Below the pieces are notes generated by a model. The model had not been told where the DNA came from and made no database searches. It saw nothing but the letters and a program-made list of their open reading frames with translations. Made by a program: the position numbers and the translations under genes. From a virus (Duplodnaviria > Heunggongvirae > Uroviricota > Caudoviricetes): 64,000 nt of DNA. Shown piece after piece: positions 1 to 10,035 of the stretch. The DNA is taken from positions 121,001-185,000 of the IMG/VR virus record IMGVR_UViG_3300028888_001839; one strand, given 5' to 3'. Each line of letters begins with the position of its first letter. Position 1 is the stretch's first letter.

Positions 1-1
1 A

Positions 2-124
2 GGCTCGATGATGTGCCGCCTCAAGAGGGGTAGCACAAACCGCTATCAAATCGTCACGGTCTATGTTGACGATGTTTACGACGAAGACCTCTCTAACGAT
101 TCTGTCCAAGAGTCCAAGTCCTAG
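2..124 (+). CDS. 3' end of an upstream gene (partial)
   Basis: Frame 2 is open from the window edge to TAG at 122-124 and is followed by a GC-rich hairpin and T-run. Confidence 0.3.
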   Translation, partial: GSMMCRLKRGSTNRYQIVTVYVDDVYDEDLSNDSVQESKS

Positions 125-204
125 CCGTGCCGAGTGGTACGGCGGAGACGGCGGATGCGGGTTATGTGCTTACTCCCGTGTTCGCCGCCTTTTTCTATAC
201 CCCC

Positions 205-234
205 TTGAAAGCCACCCACCTTCTATGGTACAAT
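205..234 (+). promoter_or_regulatory. sigma70-like phage promoter
   Basis: TTGAAA-18bp-TACAAT, TG extension, upstream CCCC; same architecture recurs 15 times in the window. Confidence 0.75.
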
Positions 235-244
235 ACTCTCCGCT

Positions 245-712
245 ATGACAAATGAAGAAATGAAAATCATATGCAAGGCATTGGAAGATAACTTTCTTGA
301 TGCATTTGACATTACATACGACCCGCTAGATAGCACATCTGCGAGGAATCACAAGCAGAATACTGTTGCCATTGTAGCCACTCTGGTGGACTACCTTCGG
401 GGAGACATTAAGGGGCTTCCCTCTCCTCTCTCCGAACTAGCCCGCAACAATGCCGATTCATCCTACCCCTCTCCGCCACAGGACAACGGCGACCCTAACC
501 CAGAAGACACGGAAACCCTGAAGTACCTCGGCTCGCTCGGCATTCAGTCCCTAGACGAACTCACGGGCTACAAGTACGATGATGCGGGGCACATTCTCCT
601 TCGCATCAAGGGACGATTTGCCGACTCTGGATGGATGGAGGACGACCCTAGAATCACTCGCCTCATCAACATAATGGAGACATTCAAGCTGCCGTTCCCC
701 CTAATAACATAA
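245..712 (+). CDS. hypothetical protein
   Basis: 155-aa ORF directly after the promoter. Confidence 0.7.
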   Translation: MTNEEMKIICKALEDNFLDAFDITYDPLDSTSARNHKQNTVAIVATLVDYLRGDIKGLPSPLSELARNNADSSYPSPPQDNGDPNPEDTETLKYLGSLGIQSLDELTGYKYDDAGHILLRIKGRFADSGWMEDDPRITRLINIMETFKLPFPLIT

Positions 713-727
713 TATAGTAGTGTCTTT

Positions 728-3700
728 ATGGCATTGTTTGCACACAAAGGAGCAACAAATATGCCTACTAGCAAGGACTTTTCCGTAGAAGACGAAGCCT
801 ATCTCGCTACCATAGCCGCAGAGCCTAAGATGACGATGGACGAGGTAGGCGCTGACATTGAAGAGCACGGACACGTCCCAGTAACTCCCGAAACCGCAAC
901 ACAAGACCCCTTCACGGCGAAGGGTTCTCTAGCTTATGCTCTTGACGAAGCCCTTTCCGCCGATACCGATTTGGAGAAGACCATAATGACTAGGGACAAG
1001 AACGACCATCTCGATTCGCATCTTACCAACCCTACCGACGATTTCCGCGACGAGACGAAGGGAGAGGTGGAGGGTACGACCTCTACTCCGCAAGGTCTTA
1101 TACAGCCCGTAGAATCCAACAAGGTAGGCGAAGGGCTAGAGCCTACAATCCAGCAGGACAAGGCGGTGCATGTGAAGGATTCCCTTGCTGAAGCCCTAGA
1201 TGCCATCACGATGGACGGAGCGGAGGAGATAGAGGCTAAGCCCCCAATCGGGAAAGATCCCGAGCCAGACCTTTCCAAGTACAATGAGGAGGAGGCTTCT
1301 CACATTCCCCTCAAAGCCCCAAAGATTCCACCTTCTCTAGGAGGATCGGAGGATACTCCCGATGCCAATGGGCTAGTATATGTCTCCGCAACCTTCACGG
1401 TAGATCCCGACAAGTATGTGTCCAACAACTATCGTCCTACCAATATGGGGAAAGCTCCAGATGCCCTTGCTGCACTAAAGCAGAAGAGGGATGCCATGAA
1501 CTCCAAGCCCGCCGCAAATCCTGAAGAGGAGGCGGCTCTTTCCGATTTGGGTACTCCCGAAGCGAAGGAGTCTGCTGCTTCTCCCGACGAGCCTACGCCA
1601 CAACAGGAGGAGGAAGCCGCAAAGGATGCGGACAAGGAGCAGAAGGAAGAGATTGAGGTAGAGGTGAAGGAGGAGTCCGCGTCAGCAATCCCTACCCCAA
1701 AGAAAGACGACAAGCCAGCACAGGACGAAGCCCCAGAGAAGGAAGTGCTGGACTATGCAACCTTCATCGACGGCTCATCTTTCATCTGCTATGACGAAGT
1801 AGCCGACATAGACTATTCAAAGATAGCGATGGATGCCGGCCCGAAGAAAGCCCCTACAAGGGCGAACTGCCAGACCACGTTTGCGCAGTGCAGAGCAAAA
1901 AATCCGCTCTTTTGCCGTTTCCACGGCCCTAAACTACTCGAGGCGGACATCAAGACGGCCCTCAAGTCCACTGTCGGACCGGGCTGCGTGGTACAGGTTA
2001 CGAAGGACAAGAATTCAAAGAACAAGTTCACGTTCCGTCTTACCGTTGGATGCCCGCCCTCCAAGAAGAAGATGGTGGAGAAGATGGTGCATATGTTCCT
2101 TACACAGAATCCGGGAATCACATCGTCTACCGAGGACTGGAATCTTGTGGGCAAGCACAAGCAGACCCAAGAGTTCGAGATGGATATCCTTCAGGCAGAT
2201 AATCCTCCGCAAAAAAATACTTGGGCTGATCAGGCTAAAGAAGATACCAAGGAAGCAATCAAGAATCATGAGAAGCAGGCCGTTGTAGGCGAGACGGCTC
2301 CAGCATTGGAGAAGAAAGCCGCAAAAGGAGAGAAGTGGCAGACGGTAGACGAAGACGTGGAGAACGAATGGGCTGATATTATAGACAACCTACACAAGAC
2401 TGCCATTCTTAACAACAATGAGTTTTTAGTCAACTTCAACAAGATAGCGAATCAGTTTGATGCCGCTCACGATGCTGGGGATGCTAATGGCTTGAAGAAA
2501 TCCCTTGAAGCATTGAAGGAAGAGATAGGGAAGTATGACGAGATAACAGGTGCTAAGAAGCCAGAGGCGGCTACGGTAGAGGCAGAGAAGGCGGTAGAGG
2601 GTGTTGAAGAGGAGACACCAAAGGGAGATGTTACGGAGGAGGTGGCTTCGGAAGAAGTGACGGAGAAACCGACAAAGAGCGAGGGAACAGTACCGGAAGA
2701 CGACGTAGCGGGTGAACAGACACCCCAGAAGAAAGAGAGTGTGGCAAAATCGGCAGGTGGCAAATCGGGCGACATGGCATCTTTCCCGATGGCACAGGAA
2801 GCAGAGTTTGCAGAAGCCTCTAAGGGGCACAAATTTGAAGAACTCTTTACTGGGTTTGAGACGAACAAGGACGGTTCGTATACTCTTAAGGCGAACCCGC
2901 ACAAGTTGTCTAGCCATGTAGAGAATCTTGCGAAAGCCCTTCAGAAAGCGGGATATGATGCAAAGACGATTCTGAACAATAGCGACGACTTGGATTTGGT
3001 GATTAAGCCGAAAGAGGAAGCGGGGGCGGCAAGCAAAGAGGAGGGCAAGCAGGGCGGCACGGTTCTACCTGCCCCTAATGCAGTTTCAAAGCAGAATGGC
3101 GGCAATGAGGCTTCTTCGCCACATAGCGAAAAAGTAAAAGAACTCACCAACAAGATTGGAGATATGCAGCAGCAGGTAAAGAGCATGGTGGAGAATGGCG
3201 GAGATACAGACACTATTAACACCATAAACCAGACATTGACTGGTGCTATTCTCACATTGTCCAAGCTGTCGAACCAGTACGATACCATAGACGAACTGGA
3301 GGCCCAGATGATAGCCGCAGGCGAGGATTCTGACTTGTTTGAGGTAGACAAGACCTTTGGGCAGAAGCTCATAGAAGATTCCAAGAAGAAAGCGGAGGAA
3401 CAGGCGAGTGCTCTACTCGGTGAACTCGAGTCCGCTTTGTCTGGAATCGAGAAATCGTTTGCAAGCGCACAAGAGACGGCGGCCGACAAGAAGAAGGGAG
3501 AGGTTGCTAGTTCCGTGGAGCAGACGGTAAAGAACCTCAGTGCCTATGTCTTTGGTGGCAAGCGTCCTCCGCAGGGGGTTGATTCCGTTGTGGACTATCT
3601 CGACTATCTGAAGGACGAACTAGAATCGGATGCGGAGGAAAACTTCACACCCGATGAGATGGCGGAGATTGAAGGCCAGTATTTCCTAGAGGATGCATAC

Positions 3701-4264
3701 AAAGCCACGAAAGCAGCGTCCAAAGCAATGGATGATGCAATAGAGGCATTTAAGGACAAGATGGACGAAGTACCAAGCCAAGGCGAAGCCTATGGGACTT
3801 ACCAAGCGGACATAGAACAGATGCAGAAAGCGATAGCATCACAGGCGGCGGAGATTATGGCGGCATTCGGCGCTTATAAGCAGGCATTAGAGAAGTGCAA
3901 GTACGAGGCGGATGCGGCGAAGAAACTTGCCGATTCTAAAAAGAAGTTGGAGGGAGGAGGAGCGTCAGGAGGAGAAAACAAGAAGCCTGTAGAGGGGTTC
4001 GACTTCGATGCTTGGCAGAAAGCACAAGGCAATCAAGGCGGAGAAGAGCCAAAGCAATCGGCACAACCTTCGCAGAAAGCCCAACAGAAATCCACTCTCA
4101 CCGACGATGAGAAGAAGGCAAAGATAGCCGCTATGTCTCCGAAGCAGAAGGTGGAGGCGGCTGTCAAGATATTCAAGAAGAAGCTCGCCGCAAACCCGAA
4201 CGATGCGGATGCCAAGGCCAAATTGGCCAAGTACGAGGCCATGCTCGCCAAGCTCAACAAGTAG
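728..4264 (+). CDS. large acidic/Lys-rich protein, putative capsid-internal (ejected) protein
   Basis: 1178 aa; repeated (A/T)xD(A/E) motifs (TMDE, ALDE, TMDG, AMDA); CRAKNPLFCRFHG motif shared with neighbouring proteins; coiled-coil-like C-terminal half. Confidence 0.65.
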   Translation: MALFAHKGATNMPTSKDFSVEDEAYLATIAAEPKMTMDEVGADIEEHGHVPVTPETATQDPFTAKGSLAYALDEALSADTDLEKTIMTRDKNDHLDSHLTNPTDDFRDETKGEVEGTTSTPQGLIQPVESNKVGEGLEPTIQQDKAVHVKDSLAEALDAITMDGAEEIEAKPPIGKDPEPDLSKYNEEEASHIPLKAPKIPPSLGGSEDTPDANGLVYVSATFTVDPDKYVSNNYRPTNMGKAPDALAALKQKRDAMNSKPAANPEEEAALSDLGTPEAKESAASPDEPTPQQEEEAAKDADKEQKEEIEVEVKEESASAIPTPKKDDKPAQDEAPEKEVLDYATFIDGSSFICYDEVADIDYSKIAMDAGPKKAPTRANCQTTFAQCRAKNPLFCRFHGPKLLEADIKTALKSTVGPGCVVQVTKDKNSKNKFTFRLTVGCPPSKKKMVEKMVHMFLTQNPGITSSTEDWNLVGKHKQTQEFEMDILQADNPPQKNTWADQAKEDTKEAIKNHEKQAVVGETAPALEKKAAKGEKWQTVDEDVENEWADIIDNLHKTAILNNNEFLVNFNKIANQFDAAHDAGDANGLKKSLEALKEEIGKYDEITGAKKPEAATVEAEKAVEGVEEETPKGDVTEEVASEEVTEKPTKSEGTVPEDDVAGEQTPQKKESVAKSAGGKSGDMASFPMAQEAEFAEASKGHKFEELFTGFETNKDGSYTLKANPHKLSSHVENLAKALQKAGYDAKTILNNSDDLDLVIKPKEEAGAASKEEGKQGGTVLPAPNAVSKQNGGNEASSPHSEKVKELTNKIGDMQQQVKSMVENGGDTDTINTINQTLTGAILTLSKLSNQYDTIDELEAQMIAAGEDSDLFEVDKTFGQKLIEDSKKKAEEQASALLGELESALSGIEKSFASAQETAADKKKGEVASSVEQTVKNLSAYVFGGKRPPQGVDSVVDYLDYLKDELESDAEENFTPDEMAEIEGQYFLEDAYKATKAASKAMDDAIEAFKDKMDEVPSQGEAYGTYQADIEQMQKAIASQAAEIMAAFGAYKQALEKCKYEADAAKKLADSKKKLEGGGASGGENKKPVEGFDFDAWQKAQGNQGGEEPKQSAQPSQKAQQKSTLTDDEKKAKIAAMSPKQKVEAAVKIFKKKLAANPNDADAKAKLAKYEAMLAKLNK

Positions 4265-4315
4265 GGCTTTTGCTCATTCGCTATACTTTCATCTTATGGG
4301 TTAGGAGATTTCACG

Positions 4316-7300
4316 ATGGCTATCAAGAAGGATGCGGCCAAGGCAGACATAGGGCCGAAGAAGCAAGTTAAGGCGACTTTCGCAGAGTGTACGGCGGAAG
4401 AGCCGTTGAAGTGCAAGTACCATGGAATCAAGCAGTTAGAGGGGATATTAAACTCACTATTCCAGAAGCACGGAGAGCAGAACACCTCTGGGCTGGAGAA
4501 ACAGGACGGGAAGTATCTTCTGCACTTCGCTTCCGCACAGCACCCCAAACAGGTGGTATACGACTTAATGAAAATCCTAGACGGCAAGGGATTTGGATGC
4601 AAGTATCTAGGGACAGACGAATCTGGAAGCGGTATAAACTATGAGATAGCACCGAAGGACGGCAAGGGTTTTGTCACCCCGGACGGAGAGGCGGAACTGG
4701 AAGATGCCGACATTCTCTCTTCTTCAAAAGCACCAGAGAACAACACCGTATCCAAGACCACCGTCACGAAGGAAGATCCGTTCGCTGAACTAGAGAACAT
4801 AGATACAGATGCCCTTATAGCAGAGAACGAACTGGATGCCGACCTTCTTGAAAACTTCGACGATTTGGAAGGGATAGACGAAGAGGCCACGGAAGACCTA
4901 GAGGCGGAACTGTTGGGGAACAACGAGTTCGACGATGAGATATTCACGGAGATGTCGGACGAAAATCAGGCGGCTGCGAAACTCACGGACGAGGACATAA
5001 AGAACCTCGTGTCCTTCAAGGGCGTCACGGATGACCATTTTGAGCAGAATCCCGACCTTCTTGATACCTACAAGGCGATAATCACCAACGGGAGGAATCC
5101 CAATGGTGATGCGCTAAACGAGCATCAGAAGGTGTGGTGGAACGACCTGCTGTCTAAGACGAAGAATGCGAACGAGTCGGAACTGCCTGCACTTAAAGTG
5201 CTTAAGGCTACGATGGCGAAGGTAAACGGAGGAGGAGAGCAAGGAGGAAAAGGTGAAAAGGGCGCCTCTCAAACCCCGTCCGAAGAGGACTATGAGAAGT
5301 TCGTTGGGGAACTTATCAAAGACCCGTTCCCGCCATTTATCAAAACCGATGCTAAACTTCTTAAGGAACTAGTTGAAAAGGGGACGATGAACGGAACTAC
5401 CCCAAGCAAGGCGGACTTAGAGAAGTGGGAGGATGTTTACGGCAATGGGAAGGGAACGGACGGAGCGGTCAAGGATGCGGTTAATGCCGCTTTTGCAAAA
5501 CTGAAGATGGATGGTGGAGGAAAATGGAGAAAGGAATTGACAGATGACGACATCGTAGCAGCATTCTCACCTGCATTTACAGGTGGGAACTTGTCAACCA
5601 ATTCTCACTATAAGGATTTATACAAATCGGTTATCACGAACCATCTCAATCCCAATGGGAACCCTCTAACAAATGGGCAGCTTGCATGGTTTAAGGGGGC
5701 ATCGGAAAAAGCCCATGCCGCAGGTGTCAACAACTATGCCGTTGAACTGTTGGACAAGATGCTAGAAGAAAAGGGGATGATAGAGAAGAAAGGCAACCCT
5801 TCAGGAGAAAGTGAAGAGAAACCGACGAAGGAATCTCTCATAGGTGAGATGGGCAATGTGATCGCCAAGATGAAGGGTGAAGGGCTTGACCTTACCTGGG
5901 ATGCGAAGAAGGGGAATGCCCTAGGCAAGGCTTTCGAGGATGCTATTAATGCTGACGACATAGCAGGTGCGGAGAAGGCGCTGAAAGACTTCAAGGATTA
6001 TGTGGAGTTCCTAGAGAGCGGTGGAGATGCCCCGGAGGATGATGAAGAGGGCATTACGACAGAGGACATAAAGGACTTCTTCACCAAATGCGGGTACACG
6101 GGGGGAGTCATGCATTCGGAAGACAACCTTGCCGCGACGAAGGAGGCTCTTGAAACAGGGAAATTCATGGGCAAGGCTCTCACCTCAACCAACAAGAAGT
6201 GGTTTGCGGCATTAGCCAAAAAAGAACCAGACCACAAGGTTGCTAATGCCATAAACAAAATGCTTTCCGCTGACAAGAAGCCCCACAAGTCAGGGGAAAA
6301 GGGAGCTGCAAAGGAAGCACTAGTCTCAGCTTTGAGTGGAAGCAATGAATCAATGGTTACAGATGAAATGCTTCAGCCATTGGAGCATGACGATGCTAAG
6401 TTCCCGCAGAACATTACCCAGAAGGAACTAGACGAGGCTATCAAGAAGGGCAAGAAGTTAGGCGGACATGGTGGGCTAGGTACAAGGCTAGTAGAGATAG
6501 ACGGCAAGAAGTATGTGTGCAAGGCTGCAACCGGCACTGGGGCTTCCGTCATTAGGAACGGATTCAATGCGGACATGGCTTATCGTGCTGGCGGAGTGTA
6601 TGCTCCAGATGCACAGTTATATGAATTTGGGGATGGGAAGACATACAAGCTCTCGGAGTTTATTCCGGGCAAGCGTCTCATAGATGTCTGGCAGACTGCG
6701 GATGAGGCTAAGAGGGATGAAATTCGCAAGGAACTTCTTAAGGGCTATCCTCTCGATGTTCTCTTCTCCAACTACGACGTGCTTGGCACTTCGCCGGAGG
6801 ATTCCATAACGGTCACAATCCAAGGGGCTGACGGAAAACCACAGAAGACCCATGTAGCTTTCAACAACATTATGATAGGCGACGATGGCCATGCCTATCG
6901 TGTTGACAACGACGGCTCTTTTGCAATGACTGGCACAGGAGGGATAAAGCACTCTAGCGGAGGGGGATATATAACGAAGGTGGAGGCGGAGAAGTGGGGG
7001 AAATGGGAAGACAGGCAATGGATAGACGATTTCCGCACATTGAGGAGGAATGAGAAGAACCTTGGGATATTCGACCGCTACTCTACTGCGGACATATTCC
7101 TTTCGGCAGGAAACATAAATCTTGATTCGGCGGTAGGCACGTTGCCGAAAGGAATACAGAAAGCATTGGCGAAGCCACTCTTTGAGATGAAGCAGATGAC
7201 TTGGAGAGCACTGAACCTATCTTTGGGCGGATACAAGAACGATGCTTTCGTGTCTATGGCTTTGGATGCGTCTTATGAGGCTTCCAAGAGAGGGCTAAGG

Positions 7301-8758
7301 GAACTTTGCAAGAAGGAGATTTCGTGGGACGATGCTGGATTTGGAACCTATAAGGAAAGTTGGACGAACTACCAGATGCAGGAGTTCGGGGAGAATCCGC
7401 CAGAAAAACCTCAAAATCCAGCTGAGAAAATAAAAAAGAAGCTCGCGAATGACGAATACACAGGGAGCAATATCATAGGGATTTTGCTAGATGCTGTCAA
7501 GACAATCAACCATCACGGCGGGGTGAAGCAGTTGGATTCCGAAGGGAAGCCGCTTGGGAATGGTTCTGCCATGCCTAATCCAGACTATAATCCAAACCCT
7601 ATCAAGATAGCGGCATTTGAGAAGATAGACAGAGAAAAGCTAGAGGAACTTGCTAAGACAGACGAGAATGCAAAGAAGTGTCTAGGTATTTACGACACAA
7701 TTATGTATTCCAAGGAAAACGGGTGGAAAAAGCCAATAGGGCAGATTCCTACCGACTTGGAGATAAGCGCGAAACTGCCAGAAGGGTTTCAAAGCCCTAC
7801 AGAGAAGAAGATTCTTTCCGACATGGAAGGGTCAATGGCGGAATATGCGAAAGCACTAAAAGAATACGAGGAAGTGCTACTGCCAGAATATGAGGCTAGG
7901 AAGACGGCGCACATGAAAGCGGAAGAGGCTAAGGCCAGAAAGAGCGGCGGTTCTATATTCCACAATTTTAACCATTTCGCAGATGTCTTGATAACAGAGG
8001 GAGTAAGCACGGACGGAATTTCTCATAAGGTTAAGACGGCGGGAGTAAAGCCGATAGAGGATTCGATGTCAGCCCAGAAAGGCGATTCCTATAACTCGAA
8101 TGCCGTCAAGTGGAAGATTAGGGAGATGATGGCATTAGGATATTCTGCAAAGCAGATAAGAGATATGGTTAAGAATGGTGATTTGTATAACGGGGGAAGT
8201 TATTCTAAAATACTAGATAAGGCAAAAGACGGAACCACAGAAGAGTGGGGGCGTGAAATGGCATCGCAGGCGATATACTGCGGTTTGCAGATGCTCAAGA
8301 AGGAAAATGAGGTTAACGACCAGATTGACAAGGATTCGGGCGTTGTATTCCTTAACCGAAACATAGGTAATGTTCCGAATGGGTTGTCCAAGAAGGAAGA
8401 GGAACTTTATAAGGAAGAAGACAAGAGCGGCTGGGTTGGGGCTCATCTCGACAGCGCAGCCGACTGTATGCAGTTTGAGTCTAATTCGTGGCATAAGCCA
8501 TACAAACAAGTCTATGCCGTCCCGTTCTCACGGCTAGTTTGCTGCGCGAACGACCAAATGGCGAATGGGGGAGATTTTGGCTATGATAACGAGCATGAGT
8601 GGGTAGGGAATCTCCTATATCTGCCGTGCTTTGTGTACCATGAAAGCCAAGGATACACATGGAAGGGTGCTATAGATGCGGCGCAAAAGACATCTGGCAT
8701 GAAGGCATTCCTAAAGAAGTTCGCAGATAGGCTTGGCATGTTCTCGACGCACAAGTAA
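4316..8758 (+). CDS. giant multidomain protein with kinase-like (PI3/4K-HipA superfamily) and C-terminal ADP-ribosyltransferase-like domains
   Basis: 1480 aa, SD AGGAGA; LGGHGG...DGKKYVCK, DVLFSNYDV, NIM...RVDNDGSF; C-terminal LNR...S...NEHE. Confidence 0.6.
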   Translation: MAIKKDAAKADIGPKKQVKATFAECTAEEPLKCKYHGIKQLEGILNSLFQKHGEQNTSGLEKQDGKYLLHFASAQHPKQVVYDLMKILDGKGFGCKYLGTDESGSGINYEIAPKDGKGFVTPDGEAELEDADILSSSKAPENNTVSKTTVTKEDPFAELENIDTDALIAENELDADLLENFDDLEGIDEEATEDLEAELLGNNEFDDEIFTEMSDENQAAAKLTDEDIKNLVSFKGVTDDHFEQNPDLLDTYKAIITNGRNPNGDALNEHQKVWWNDLLSKTKNANESELPALKVLKATMAKVNGGGEQGGKGEKGASQTPSEEDYEKFVGELIKDPFPPFIKTDAKLLKELVEKGTMNGTTPSKADLEKWEDVYGNGKGTDGAVKDAVNAAFAKLKMDGGGKWRKELTDDDIVAAFSPAFTGGNLSTNSHYKDLYKSVITNHLNPNGNPLTNGQLAWFKGASEKAHAAGVNNYAVELLDKMLEEKGMIEKKGNPSGESEEKPTKESLIGEMGNVIAKMKGEGLDLTWDAKKGNALGKAFEDAINADDIAGAEKALKDFKDYVEFLESGGDAPEDDEEGITTEDIKDFFTKCGYTGGVMHSEDNLAATKEALETGKFMGKALTSTNKKWFAALAKKEPDHKVANAINKMLSADKKPHKSGEKGAAKEALVSALSGSNESMVTDEMLQPLEHDDAKFPQNITQKELDEAIKKGKKLGGHGGLGTRLVEIDGKKYVCKAATGTGASVIRNGFNADMAYRAGGVYAPDAQLYEFGDGKTYKLSEFIPGKRLIDVWQTADEAKRDEIRKELLKGYPLDVLFSNYDVLGTSPEDSITVTIQGADGKPQKTHVAFNNIMIGDDGHAYRVDNDGSFAMTGTGGIKHSSGGGYITKVEAEKWGKWEDRQWIDDFRTLRRNEKNLGIFDRYSTADIFLSAGNINLDSAVGTLPKGIQKALAKPLFEMKQMTWRALNLSLGGYKNDAFVSMALDASYEASKRGLRELCKKEISWDDAGFGTYKESWTNYQMQEFGENPPEKPQNPAEKIKKKLANDEYTGSNIIGILLDAVKTINHHGGVKQLDSEGKPLGNGSAMPNPDYNPNPIKIAAFEKIDREKLEELAKTDENAKKCLGIYDTIMYSKENGWKKPIGQIPTDLEISAKLPEGFQSPTEKKILSDMEGSMAEYAKALKEYEEVLLPEYEARKTAHMKAEEAKARKSGGSIFHNFNHFADVLITEGVSTDGISHKVKTAGVKPIEDSMSAQKGDSYNSNAVKWKIREMMALGYSAKQIRDMVKNGDLYNGGSYSKILDKAKDGTTEEWGREMASQAIYCGLQMLKKENEVNDQIDKDSGVVFLNRNIGNVPNGLSKKEEELYKEEDKSGWVGAHLDSAADCMQFESNSWHKPYKQVYAVPFSRLVCCANDQMANGGDFGYDNEHEWVGNLLYLPCFVYHESQGYTWKGAIDAAQKTSGMKAFLKKFADRLGMFSTHK

Positions 8759-8782
8759 TTTGGAAGAAAGTTCAGCACCCCA

Positions 8783-8812
8783 TTTACACCCTATAAGAAT
8801 GTATGATATAAT
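8783..8812 (+). promoter_or_regulatory. sigma70-like phage promoter
   Basis: TTTACA-18bp-TATAAT. Confidence 0.75.
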
Positions 8813-8862
8813 GTGCGTCAGCAAAGAAATAGGATAAAGAACAAAAACAAGGAAGAGAAAAA

Positions 8863-9384
8863 ATGAATGATTATGATGAGGAGTGCATCGACCTGCCGAT
8901 GCTTCATGGGCAGGCAAAGAAGATGGTGTGCCTAAGACCGTGGACAAATGAGGTCTATCAGGATGCGGCGTCACCGTTCGATTTGTCGGCAACGTACAAG
9001 ATTACCTACGAAGATGGAGCAGAAGTTGTAATAGGAGGGTTGCCGGCCTATGCATTGGCACAAGGTAGTTTCTGGTACAATTCTGATAGTTCCAAGGAGT
9101 ATGGCATACCAGATAGTATTTTTGCGAGGGACACTAGGGTTTTAGCTTATCTGGCTAGGGTTGGAGAGGTCTTGAAACGGGAAACGGAAGGAGCGGAGTG
9201 CGAACTCCCGTCGACTGTAGAGATTGCCGAACAGATACTTGCTGAGATAGACGTTCCATTTGAGGCATTGAAATACGGAGGGAAGCAAGCAAAGAAGAAT
9301 GCGGACAGATGGGTAGAGACTTGGAAACAGAACGGGCTAGTCGAGTGGGACGAAGAGAATCAAGCATATAGGATTACGCACTAA
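8863..9384 (+). CDS. hypothetical acidic protein
   Basis: 173-aa ORF with A-rich leader and AAGGAAG SD. Confidence 0.75.
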   Translation: MNDYDEECIDLPMLHGQAKKMVCLRPWTNEVYQDAASPFDLSATYKITYEDGAEVVIGGLPAYALAQGSFWYNSDSSKEYGIPDSIFARDTRVLAYLARVGEVLKRETEGAECELPSTVEIAEQILAEIDVPFEALKYGGKQAKKNADRWVETWKQNGLVEWDEENQAYRITH

Positions 9385-9873
9385 ATGAGGAAAACATCTA
9401 GTCCATACAAGTCTTTTAGGTGGTACGGCTTCGACCTAGACGGCACGATAGCAGACAACACCAACCATGCTTTCGGCTATGGTAACATCGGCAAGCCGAT
9501 AAAGAAGATGACCACCCTCATGAAGCATCTCAATGCGAGAGGCTTTAGGGTGAAGATAGTCACGGCGCGTCTAGGCGATGTCGGTAGTAGCCCGAAAGCC
9601 CAGGAGGAATTGCGCCAGCACATCTGGGAGTGGTGCGATAGGAATCTAGGGTTTCGTCCAGAGATTACCGACCGCAAGGATGCTTCTATGGAAGCCCTAT
9701 ACGACGATAGGGCGAAGCAGGTTGTGCGGAATCGCGGAATTACCTACGAAGAGTGCAATGAGCGGCTTGCAGAGTGCTTGGAGATGGCTATAGCAAGGAT
9801 TCCTAGGAAGAAGCCAGAAGACAAGATACTGATTGGGAAGTGTCTTAATGTGCTAGATGAGTATCGTGTCTAG
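9385..9873 (+). CDS. HAD-superfamily phosphatase
   Basis: Motif I FDLDGT, motif II IVTAR, motif IV LYDDR. Confidence 0.85.
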   Translation: MRKTSSPYKSFRWYGFDLDGTIADNTNHAFGYGNIGKPIKKMTTLMKHLNARGFRVKIVTARLGDVGSSPKAQEELRQHIWEWCDRNLGFRPEITDRKDASMEALYDDRAKQVVRNRGITYEECNERLAECLEMAIARIPRKKPEDKILIGKCLNVLDEYRV

Positions 9874-9902
9874 TTAGCGACAGTGGCATCTCTTATAGGC
9901 AA

Positions 9903-9930
9903 AGGGGCGGAAGAAATTCCGCTCTTTTGT
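9903..9930 (+). terminator. intrinsic terminator
   Basis: GGGGCGGAA-GAAA-TTCCGCTC hairpin followed by T-run. Confidence 0.65.
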
Positions 9931-9941
9931 TCTATACCCCC

Positions 9942-9971
9942 TTTACACCCTACTAGGATGTGTGGTATCAT
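9942..9971 (+). promoter_or_regulatory. sigma70-like phage promoter
   Basis: TTTACA-18bp-TATCAT followed by ATGCGCCGT. Confidence 0.75.
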
Positions 9972-10035
9972 ATGCGCCGTCACAAGGACAACAAAGAAGA
10001 AAGACAAAAAACAACAACAAGGAGCAAAGAAAAAG

